Assembly (NCBI GenBank): GCA_026770705.1
Contig: JANJGN010000001.1
Span: 64,294,001-64,358,000 of the forward strand
DNA: 64,000 nucleotides
Reading direction: 5' to 3'
Source of the DNA: Isurus oxyrinchus
Lineage: Eukaryota
Below are positions 24,411-36,551 of the stretch, piece by piece (the first letter of the stretch is position 1; the number at the start of each line of letters is the position of its first letter). The notes below the pieces were generated by a model. The model made no database searches. It was given only the letters and a program-made list of their open reading frames with translations, and was not told where the DNA came from. Made by a program: the position numbers and the translations under genes.

Positions 24411-27400
24411 CCTCATTCTGCCAGTTATACACCCTGCCCATTATACACCTTGCCTGTTATGCAGCCTGCCTGTTATACGCCCTGCCCATTATACACCCTG
24501 CCCATTATACACCTTGCCTGTTATGCAGCCTGCCTGTTATACGCCCTGCCCATTATACACCCTGCCCATTATACACCCTGCCCATTATACACCTTGCCTG
24601 TTATGCAGCCTGCCTGTTATATGCCCTGCCCATTATACACCCTGCCCATTATACATCTTGCCTGTTATGCAGCCTGTTATACGCCCTGCCCATTATACAC
24701 CCTGCCCATTATACACCCTGCCCATTATACACCTTGCCTGTTATGCAGCCTGCCTGTTATACGCCCTGCCCATTATACTCCCTGCCCATTTTATAGTCTG
24801 CCTGTAATATACCCTGCCTGATGTACACCCTCCTGCCTTAAATCCTGCCGGTTATAGGCCCTGCCCGTTATACATCTTGCCCATTTTATACTCTGCCCAT
24901 TATACAGCCTGCCCATAGTACACCCTGCATGACGTACACCCTGCCTGCCAAGCAAGCAGCTTGTTATACACCCTGCCTGTTATACACCCTACCCGTTATA
25001 CACATTGCCTGTTATACACCCAGCCCATCATACATCCTGCATGCTATACACACTGACCATTATACATCCTGCTCATTATATATCCTGCCCATTATACAGC
25101 TTGCTGGTTATGCACCCTGCCCGTTATACACCCTACCCATTATACATCCTGCCTCATACACCGTGGCAGTTAGACACACTGCTTGTTATACACTCTGCCC
25201 ATTTTACACCCTGCCCGTTATACACCCTACCTCATTTACTGTGTCCGTTATATACTCTGTATGTTATACACCCTGCCTGTTATACACACTGCCCATTATA
25301 TGCCCTGCCCTTTATATAGCCTGCTGGTTATACACCCTGCCCGTTATACACTGTGCCCGCTAAACACACTACCTATTATACACCCTGCCCATTATAAACA
25401 GTGCCTGTTATACACTGCCCATTATATACCTAGACCATTATAAACCCTGCCCTTTATACACTCTGCCCATTACACAGGCTGTCGGTTATACGCCCTGTCT
25501 GTTACACACCTTTCCCATTTTGCACACTGCCTATTATACACCCTGCCAGTTACACATCTTGCCTGTTACACACAGTGCCCATTATACACACTGCCTATTA
25601 TGCACGCTGCCCATTTTCCACACTTCTCATTATATACCATGCCCACGAAAAACCATGCCTGTTATACACACTGCCCATTATACACACTGCCTATTATACA
25701 CGCTGCCCGTTATAAACACTGCCTATTATTTACCCTGCCCATTATGCACCCTACCGGTTATGCACCCTGCCCATTATACACCTGCCGATTATATACCCTG
25801 CCCGTTATACACCTGCCGATTATATACCCTTCCTGTTATACACACTGCCTATTATACACCCTGCCCGTTATAAACACTACCTATTACATATCCTGTCCAT
25901 TCTACACCCTGCCGTGATACTTCCTGCCTATGATACACTCTGCTCGTTATACACCCTGCCCAATACACACCGGGCCCGTGATACACCCTGTTCATTATAC
26001 ACTATGCCCATTACACACCCTCCCCGTTATGCACCATGCCTGTTGTACACTGTGCCTGTTATACACACTGCCCGTTATACACCCTGCTCGTTATACACCC
26101 TGCCTGACGTACAACCTCCCATTATACGTCCTGCCCATTATATGCCCTGCCCATATTACACCCTGCCCATTATATACCCTGCCCATTATACACCTTCCCA
26201 TTATATTTCCTGCCCATTATACATCCTGCCCATTATACACTGTGCTCATTATACACCCTGCCCATTATATACCCTGCCCATTATACACCCTGCCCACTAT
26301 ATACCCTGTCCATTATACACCCTGCCCACTATATACCCTGTCCATTATACACCCTGCCCACTATATACCCTGCCCATTTTACATCCTGCCTGTTATATCC
26401 TTGCCGATTATATGCCCTGCCCTTTTTACACCCTGCCGGTTATAAACCCTGCCTGTTATATGCCCCACCCATTATACACCCTGCCCGTTAAACACACTGC
26501 CTTTTATACACTCTGTCCATTATAATCACTGCCTATTATATATTGTGCCCATTATACACCATACCTGTTATACACACCGACATTTATACAGCCTGCCCAT
26601 TGTACACACTACCTAATATGACCCTGCCCATTATGCAACCTGCCTGTTATGCACTCTGCCCATTATATACTGTGCCTGTTACACATACTGCCTGTTATAC
26701 ACCCTGCCTCATACACCGTTGACATTATATACCCTGTATGTTATACACCCTGCCCATTATACAGCCTGCTGGTTATACACCATGCCCGTTATGCACCGTG
26801 CCTGTTATACACACTACCTATCATACGCCCTGCCCATTAAACACACTGCCCATTATACACCCTGCCTGATATACACCCAGCCCATTATACACATTGCCTG
26901 ATATACACCCTGTCCATTATACACCCTGCCTATTATACACGCTGCCTGTTATACAGCCTGCCGGTTATACGCTCTGCCTGTTATACAACCTGCATGTTAT
27001 TCACCCTGCCCATTATACACATTGCCCGTTATACAGCCTGCCGGTTATACACTCTGCCTGTTATACACCCTGCATGTTATTCACCCTGTCCATGAAACTA
27101 AATGACCATTAGACAGCCTCCCCGATATATGCCCTGCCCGTCATACAACCTGGCGGTTATTCACCCTGCCTATTTTACATGCTGCTCTTTACACAAACCG
27201 ACCGTTATAAACCCTTCTCGTTACCCACCCTGCCTTTCGTTAAACACCCTGTTCGTTATACACCCTGCCTCTTAAACGCACTCTCTGTTATACATCCTGC
27301 CCATTATACACACTGCCTATTAGACACCCGGCCTGTTCTACACCCTGCTCGTTAGATACCCTGTCTGTGATACACGTTACCCGTTACACAACCTGCCACA

Positions 27401-30400
27401 TACAACTTTGCCTTTAGATACCCTGCTTGTTATACACTGTGCCCGTTTACACCCAGCCATTTATCCACCTTGCCCATTATACACCTTGTCCGTTACACAC
27501 ACAGCCGGTTATCTATCCTGTCCATGATAGACACTGCCTGTTATTCACACTGCCTATTATATACCCTGCCCATACACACCCTCCCTGTTATACACTCTGC
27601 TTCATACACTGTGCGAGTTAGACACCCTGCCCATTACACACCCTGCCGCTTTACGCACTGCCCAATATACAGTCTGCTGGTTATACACCCTACTTGTATA
27701 CACTGCCCATATATACACCTGCCCATTATTCACCTGCCGATTATCTACCCTGCGGGTTTTACATCCTGCTCATTATGCATCCTGTCCATTATTCAACTTG
27801 CCCATTATACAGCAGGCCCGTTATACAGCCGCCTCTTATACGCTCTGCCTGTTATGCACCCTGCCTATTATACACCCTGCCCATTATATACCTTGCCCAT
27901 TATATAGCCTGTCGGTTATACACCCTGCCTGTTATACCCATCACCCGTTATACACTCTGCTCGTTATACGGTCTGCCGGTTATACATTCTGCCTGTTATA
28001 TACCTGGCCCGTGAAACACTCTTCTCGTTACACACCCTGCCCGTTATGCACCCTGCCCATTATACACTGTGCCTGTTATACACAGTGCCCGTTATGCACC
28101 CTGTCTCATACACCGTGCCCGTTAAACACCCTGCTTGTTATACATCCTGCCTGCCATACAACCTGCCCCTTATACACCCTGTCCGTTATATACTCTGCCC
28201 GTTTAACACCCTGCCTATTATGTGCTCTGGCCATTATACACCCTGCCTCATACACCGTGTCCATTATACACACTGCCTGTTATACACCCTGCCCGTGAAA
28301 CACCCTGCATGTTATACATCCTGCCTTTTATACACCCTGCCTGTGAAACAAAATGCCTGTTATACAGCCTCCCTGTTAGACACCCTGCCCGTTACACACC
28401 CTGGCGGTTATATACCCTGCCCACTATACACCCTGCCCATTACACACACGGACTGTTATAAACTCTTTTCATTACACACACTGCCTCTTGTTAAACACCA
28501 GCTCATTATACACCCTGCCTCTTATATGCCCTCCCTCTTATACATCCTGCCTGTTATATAGACTGCCTGTTAGACACCCCGCTCATTAGACACCCTGATT
28601 GTTATATGCCTTACCCGTTATACAACCTGCCTCATACACCCTGCCTTTTGAACATCTTGCCTGTTATACAGTCTGCCCGTTATACACCAGGCCCATTATA
28701 CATCCTGCCATTATACCCCTTCCTCTTATACACCCTGCCCATTATATACCTGGCCCGTTATACGCTCCACTTGTTTGCAGACTGCTCGTGATACATCCTG
28801 CCCATTATACTCCCTACCGTTATATATCCTGCCCATTATACTCCCTACCGTTATATATCCTGCCCATTATACTCCCTACCGTTATATATCCTGCCCATTA
28901 TACTCCCTACCGTTATATATCCTGCCCGTTAAACACTCTCCCTATTATACACCCTGCCCGTTATACACCCTGCTTGTTATACACTCTGCCTGTTATACAA
29001 CCTGCTTGTTATACACCCTGCCTGTTATACACCCTGCTTGTTATACACCCTGCCTGTTATACACCCTGCTTGTTATACACTCTGCCCGTTATACACCCTG
29101 CTTGTTATACACCCTGCCTGTTATACACCCTGCTTGTTATACACTCTGCCCGTTATACATCCTGCTTGTTATACACCCTGCCTGTTATACACCCTGCTTG
29201 TTATACACCCTGCTTGTTATACACCCTGCCTGTTGTACACCCTGCTTGTTATACACTCTGCCCATTATACACCCTGCTTGTTATACACTCTGCCCGTTAT
29301 ACACCCTGCTTGTTATACACCCTGCCTGTTATACACCCTGCTTGTTATACACCCTGCCTGTTATACACCTTGCTTGTTATACACCCTGCCTGTTATACAC
29401 CCTGCTTGTTATACACCCTGCCTGTTATACACCCTGCTTGTTATACACCCTGCCTGTTATACTCCCTGCTTGTTTTACACCCTGCCTGTTATACACCCTG
29501 CTTGTTATACAATCTGCATGTTATGCACATTGCCTGTTTACTCTCTCCGCATTATACACTGTGCTTGTTATACTGTCTGTTATATACTCTGCCTGTTATA
29601 CACTCTTCCACTTGTTATACACTACTTGTTATGCACCCTGCCCCCTGTTATACACGGTGCGAGTTATAAACACTGCCCGTTATGCACCCTGCCCGTTATA
29701 CACTCTTCCCACTATACAACCTGCCTGTTACACACCTTGCCCATTATACACCCTTCCCCTTACACACTATCTATTATGCACCCTTTCTCATACACCTTGT
29801 CCATTAGACACCCTGCTTGTTATATACCCTGCCTATTTACATCCTGCCCATTATACACCCTTCCTGTTATACACTCTCCCCATTATACACCCTGCCCGTT
29901 ATATACTCTGCCTGTTATATACCCTGCCCGTTATACGCCCTGCTTCTTATACACACTGCCTATTATACACCCAGCCTGTTATATACACAGCCTACATGTC
30001 ATACACTCTTCTGCTCGTTACACACTCTGCCCATCATACACCCTACATGTTATACCCTCTGCCTGTTATACCTCCGTCCTTTGTACACTCTCCTCTTATA
30101 CTCCCTGCCTGTTATACACCCTGCCCATGAAACAACATGCTTGTGGAACACTGTGCCCATTATACACCGTGCCTGTTATACACATTGCTCATTTTATAGC
30201 CTGTCCGTTACACACCCTGCCCCTCGTTACACACCCTGCTATTATATACCCTGCCTCTTATACGCCCTCCTTGTTATACATACTGCTCATTATACTCTTG
30301 GCACCATACACCCTACCCATTAGATACCCCATCTATTTACACCCTGCCCATTATACACCAACTGGTTGTCTACCCTGTCCATTATACACCCTGCCCACTA

Positions 30401-33049
30401 AACACCACTACCCGTTATTCAACCCGCCCATTACAACCCCTGCCTGGTATGCACCCTGCCCCTTTTACACGCTTTCCGTTATACACTCTCCCCATTAGAC
30501 ACCCTGCCTTTTGAACACCTTGTCTGTTATACACCCTGCATGTTATACATCGTGCCTGTTATACACTGTGCCTGTTATACACCTTATCCTTTATACGCTC
30601 TTTCCCTCATCATATACACTGCCCGTTATACATTCTGCATGTTATACACTATGCTTGTTATACACCCTGCCCATTATAACCCCTGTCCAGTATGTGCATT
30701 GCCTGTTTTACACCCTTCCCATTATACACCCTCCCTGTTATACACCTTGCCTGTTATACACCCTGCATGTTATACATCCTGCCCGTTAAACACCATGCCT
30801 GTTATACACCCTCACTGTTATATACCCTGCCCGTTATACACCTTGCCTGTTCAATACCCTGCCCAATTATACATCCTGCCCTTTACACACACCGACATAA
30901 AAATCCCTGCCAGTTATACACCCTGCCTGTTATACACATTGCCCGTTATACACCCTGCCTTTAACACACTACCCATTATGCACCCTGCCTGTTATACACC
31001 CTGCCTGTTTACACCCTGCCCTTTATACAGCTTCTTGTTATACATGCTTCCCCTCATTATACACGCTGCTTGTTATGCACCCTGACCATTATACACTGTG
31101 CCTGTTGTACACACTGCCCGTTATACAATCTGCTTGTTATACAGACTGCCCATTATACATCCTGCCCTTTTCACACATCACCCATTAAAAACCCTTCCTG
31201 CTACACACCCTCCTGTTATACACCATGCCCGATATACACTCTGCCTACTTACACCCTGTCCATTATACACCCTTCCTGTTATACACTTTCCCCATTATAC
31301 AACCTGCCTGTTATATACTCTGCCTCATTATAAACTGTGCCTGTTATACACCCTACCCGTTACACACTCTTCCCCTCATTATGCACCCTGCTTGTTATGC
31401 ACCCTGCCCCATTATATACTGTGCCCATTATATACCCTGCCTTTTACACACTAGCCGTTATACACCCTGCCTCACACACCATGCCTCTTAGACACCCTGC
31501 TTGTTAGACACTCTGCATGTCATACACCCTGCCTGTTTACACCTTGCCTGTTATACACCCTGCCTGTTTAACATCCTGCCCTTCACACACTACCCTGTTA
31601 TACACCCTGCCCTGTACACCATGCCTGTAGATACCCTGCCTGTTATATACATTGCCTGTTATACACAATGCCTCATAGACCATGCCGGTTAGACACCCTG
31701 CTTGTTATACATCCTGCACGTCATGCACCCTGCCTGTTAAAAACCCTGCCTGTTATACACACTGCCTATTATACACCCGACGCGTTATACACTTTTCCCC
31801 TCCTTATACACCTTTCCTGTTACACATCCTGCCCATTATACGCCCTTGCCCTTTACATACGCCGATTGTTATAAACCTCCCCTTTACACGCCATTCTGTT
31901 ATACACCCTGTCCGTTATAACCCAGCTTGTTAAACACCCTGCCTGTTATACACCCTGCCTGTTATTCACCCTACTCGTTATACACACTGCCTTTTATACA
32001 CCCTATCTGTTATACACTCTTCACCTTGTTATACACACTGCCCATTATACACCCGGCCTGTAATACACCTGCCCTTTATGCACTCTGCCCTTTGTTAAGC
32101 ACCTTGCCTGTTATACACCTTGCCATTATACGCTCTTCCTCTTATACACGCTCCCTGTTGTATATCCTGCCCATGATATGCCCTGCCTCATACACTGTGC
32201 CCATTAGATACCCTGCTTATTATACACCCTGCATGTTATACACCCTGCCCATTATAGACCCTTCCTATTATACACTCTACCTGTTGTACACTATGCCCCT
32301 TATACCATCTGCCTGTTATACACTCTGCCCATTATACACCCGGGCTTTTATACACACTGCCCATTATAACTCTGCCTGTTATACACCCTGCCCATTCTAC
32401 ACTCTGCCAGTTATACACCCTACCTGTTACACACCCTGCCTGTTTTACACCCTGCCTGTTATACATCTTTCCCATTACGCACTTTTCCTGTTACACACCC
32501 TGAATGTTATACACCCTGCCTGTTATGCACTGTTCCCCTCGTTAAACACCCTGTCCATTACACATCTTCCACATCATACACCCTGCCTGTTATACACGCT
32601 GCCCCTTGTTATACACCCTGCCCATTAGGCACCCTGCCTGTTATACACCCTGCCTGTTATACACCCTGCTCATTATACACCCTGTCTGTTAAACTTCCTG
32701 CCTGTTACACATCTTGCCTCCATTCACCCTGCCTGTTACATTCCCTGCCCCTTTTACACGATGCCTATTATACACCCTGCCTATTATGCACTTTTCCCAT
32801 TATATGCCCTACCCATTACACATCCTGCCTATTATATACTCTGCTTGTGAGACAACCAGCCTGGTACACACACTGCCAACTATACACCCTGCCCGTTATG
32901 CACACTGTCTGTTATACACCCTGCACTTCATACACCCTGCCTTCGGTACACTTTGACATTCATATAGCGTCTCTATTATGCACCCTGCTCTTTATATGTA
33001 CTCTTTGTCCTGCAATACATTTGAAGCTGAATTTTACCTGAGTAAAGCT

Positions 33050-33330
33050 GCACTACAAAGACGTATTTGACAAAGTTCCACATAAACAGTTAAACTTCAA
33101 TCTTTGAAGATTCAGGGTAAGATGTCAGAATTAAGAAAGAATCAACTAAAGGGCAGAAAGTGATCCATATTTTCCCCAGAATTTATATAAGGTGTTGTTT
33201 CGCATTAACTGGAGTGATCACAAACATGATGCTGGAAGCAATTCTAGTTCCAATTTATGAAATAAAGGTGGATTCAGAAACTCAAAACTAAATCGTCAAT
33301 TTTGCGGATGACACTAAACCAGGGTGAGCA
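33050..33330 (+). mobile_element. Highly decayed CR1-type RT fragment
   Basis: FDKVPH-like (33067) and FADDTK-like (33301) remnants. Confidence 0.5.
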
Positions 33331-33888
33331 GTGTAATGGGAGAGAATTCAGATGGTTGTTTGTGGATTGCTTTAGATGAATGAAGCGACTGTTAGATATG
33401 TATTGGGGAGAGAAGGGAACATTTATAAGAATCTCTCATCAGTGATCTGCTGACTAAGAGTTCTGGCAGTTGGCAGTATCTCTGGGTTTTATTCTTTCTC
33501 TGCAGCCTCAGCTTCTTGACCTCCTTCTTCCTGTTCCTCAGGTTATTCCTGCTCCAACACTTGCTCCCAATAAAGACAAAGTTATGTAAGATGCAGAATA
33601 CGATTGCACATCTTGCTGTATTTGAAGCAATATTGAAGAACAGCTTAGATCTTCTGAGCAGTTACAACCTTCATTCGAGCACTTAGATGATCTGTTCAAT
33701 GAGTGCTCGGTTCTGGCATCGCTCTCTTTGCATGCCCGCTGTACCTTTGCACCCTGCTTCCTGACAGGAGTCATGGGCCAGATGTTCAAATATTAACCCT
33801 TGACCCGAGCAACCAGAAAACATCTGATGATTTGGGTAGATGAGACGGGCTATTGAGGAATGACACACGATGATAGCATTATGACAAC

Positions 33889-34090
33889 TGTGGTAACTGG
33901 GAATATAGTCAAATATGGCCTATCAATTGGGTGTCCCGTGATGTACTGCGGGGGCTCTGGTTAGTGAGCTTTTAGCGCAAGCAATCCTGACAAGAGTCCT
34001 GGTCGAACATAAAAGCACCGGTAAATCTCTCTGTAATAAAGTTTAACTGTTCATTGACGAAACCTTACTGCTCCGTCGAGGCATTACAAC
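33889..34090 (+). mobile_element. Possible short solo LTR
   Basis: TGTGGTAA...CATTACA ends with internal ATAAAA and AATAAA. No clean TSD. Confidence 0.4.
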
Positions 34091-34177
34091 TACTATCCAA
34101 TTAAGGGCAGAGACCTACATAATTTAGTGTCAATGGTTTCACATAAGTTGCACATTTAAGGAAAGGAAACTCTGGTA

Positions 34178-35121
34178 CAAAAACAGAAAATGCTGGAAAA
34201 ACTCAGCAGGTTTAGCAGCATCTGTGCAGAGAAAGTCAGAGTTAACATTTCGAATCCGTATGACTCGTCTTCAGAGCTAAAGAGAAGTAAAAATGTGATG
34301 AAATTTATACTGTTTAAGGGAGGTGGGATAGGTGAAGTTGGGTAGAAGGCCAGCGATAGGTGGGGGCAAAGGAGAGATTGACAAAGATGTCATGAACTAA
34401 AGGACAAAGGGGTATCAATGGTGGTGGTACTGGCTAAAGGAGGTGCTGATGGTGGCATTAAGGATAGAAATCAGAATGTGATAATAGCCAGACAAGGGTA
34501 AGCACTGTGGAAAGAACAACATGAACAAATGGCAGATGGCCCTAGTGGGGGTGGGGGGAGGGGACGGTGGTGAGAAAAGAGTCTGAAAATAAGATAAAAC
34601 AATTAGTAAAAATGAAAATAAATAAAAATAAAAATATGTGGATCAAAAATAAAAATTAAAAAATGAAATGAATATTGAAAAAATGGATAAAAAAGAGGTG
34701 AGAACGGAGGAGAGAGCTCATGGTCTGAAGGTGTTGAACTCAATGTTAACTCCGGAAGGCTGTAAAGTCCCTAATCGGAAGATGAGGTGCTGTTCCTCCA
34801 GTTTGCATTGAGCTTCACTGGAACAATGCAGCTGGCCAAGGATGGACATGTGGACATGAGAGCAGGATGGGCTATTGAAAGGGCAAGCGACAGGAAGGTC
34901 TGGGTAATGTTTGAAGACAGACACTAAGGTGTTCCGCAAAGCGCTCACCCAGTCTGTGTTTGATCTCTCCAATGTGGAGGAGACCACATTAGGAGCAGCG
35001 AATGCAGTGGACCAAATTGAAGGAGGTGCAAGTGAAGCACTGCTTCACCTGAAAGGGGTGTTTGGGCCCTTGGACATTAAGGAGGGAGGAGGTAAAGAGG
35101 CAGGTGTTGCACCTTCTACGA
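34178..35121 (-). mobile_element. 5'-truncated Penelope-like element (GIY-YIG end, 3' UTR, pLTR)
   Basis: RRCNTCLF..NLVHCIRCS..PVACPFN..LEEQHLIFRLGTLQPSGVNIEF. Hammerhead-like CTGAAGA..GAAA at ~34238-34278. Confidence 0.9.
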
Positions 35122-36379
35122 TTGCCTTTATTGGGGGCAAGTGTTGGAGCAGGAATAACCTGGAAGAAGGAGATCAGGAAGCTGAGGCTGTAGGGAAATA
35201 ATAAAAGCCAGAGATACTGCCAACTGCCAGAACTCTTAGTCAGCAACTCACTGATGAGAGATTCTTATTATTGTTCCCTCCTCTCCCTGATGCAGATCTG
35301 ACAGTCGCTCCATTCACCTAAAGCAATCCACAAACCACCATCTGAATTCTTTCTCATTATGTAGTTACTTAACTGCTGGAAAGTGGCTTGTATCCCTTGG
35401 TTATCAATTTTAAATGAAGCTTCTATGTGATCTAAGCTATCAGCCTAATGTCAGTGGGCTTCTAATTCATACTGATCAAGGATTGATGATGTCATTGGGG
35501 TCAAACACTGATTTTAACTTTGGCAGGAGTGGGGAATTCATGGAGCCTTCGAGGATCACAAAGCCAAAGTCGTTCTGCAGCTAAGTTTTTTCTTTATTTT
35601 CTGGGCCTAGGAGAAGCAGGAATAGTTCTCGCAGGGATTCATGCCATAAGTCCTTGTTACCCCCATCCTCACACTTCACTGTGTGCGGGGAGGTGACCAC
35701 TGGTCAGTCATTCTCCAGAGGCTGACTAAACCCAAGGTTTCTTGTTTGAAATCCACCGGCAGTTTAAATCCACTCCTACATACTCTCTCATGGATGTAGA
35801 TAATTTCCTGCACATTTCCAGCATTTCCTGTTTTTATTTTAGATTTTTAGCACTCCAGATTTTTTATCTCCACTCCAAGATTTCTTGTGTAAGTTAAAAG
35901 TGGAATCGTTTCAGCCCATTTTATTTTCGGTTAGGAAATGTGAAAATGATCAAACCTAACTGAATATCCAAACCATTTCCACTTTTCCTATTGCTATGTA
36001 CAGGTCTCAAATCACAGAGAACTTAATGTGAACCATTCTGCCAATATAGTGAGCATTCAGTTAAAATGTTACCTGCAGTTTCTGCATTCTGTTTCAGGGA
36101 TCAAGGGGATAGAATGGTTGGATAAAGTCCAGCTTGAATCATTTTAAAAAATTGCTTGAAGTGAAGAAAACATTGCCAAAGTTGAGGGAACAAAAGCAAC
36201 AATGTTATAAATCTTTATAAAAACAGAATTACCTGGAAAAACTCAGCAGGTCTGGATGATCTGCTTCTATCACTGCTTGTTTGTCCATACAACCACCTCT
36301 CTCTCTCTCTATCTCTCCGCCCCCCACACACACACCTTAAACCAGCTTATATTCCAACTTTTTCTTGGACTCGAACTCA

Positions 36380-36418
36380 AGTTCTGTCGAAGGGTCATGA
36401 GGACTCGAAACGTCAACT
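36380..36418 (+). ncRNA. Minimal hammerhead ribozyme motif (variant core CUGUCGA)
   Basis: AGTT-CTGTCGA-A-GGGTC(ATGAG)GACTC-GAAA-CG-TC-AACT: stem I, core, stem II and palindromic ACGT stem III, as described for Penelope-associated minimal hammerheads. Confidence 0.72.
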
Positions 36419-36551
36419 CTTTTCTTCTCCGCTGATGCTGCCAGACCTGCTGAGTTTTTCCAGGTAATTCTGTCTTTGTTTTGGATTTCCAGCATCCGCA
36501 GTTTTTTTGTTTTATCTCTGTGTTTAATTGACTGCCACTGCTCTTCAAGAA

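Larger units (their letters stand above)
14043..33010 (+). repeat. 16-bp minisatellite (TTATACACCCTGCC[TG/CA/CG]) in blocks 14043-14663, 21189-21592, 22178-22965, 23055-24115 (inverted), 24420-33010
   Basis: Directly visible tandem repeats. The 16-nt period explains the spurious YTPCLLYTLPVIHPAC ORFs in all three frames. Confidence 0.97.
33334..35360. repeat. ~240-bp inverted repeat pair (33334-33580 / 35122-35360)
   Basis: GAATTCAGATGG..AAGAGTTCTGGCAGTTGGCAGTATCTCTGG..GGTTATTCCTGCTCCAACACTTGC is the reverse complement of 35122-35360 with scattered mismatches. Confidence 0.88.

Noticed and set aside
14043-33010. CRISPR-like array
   Set aside because: Contiguous tandem units without unique spacers, no cas genes, eukaryotic context.
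21275-33041. Many long Cys/His/Tyr/Pro-rich ORFs (up to 486 aa)
   Set aside because: They are translations of the 16-bp minisatellite, which is stop-poor on one strand. The same peptide appears in all three frames.
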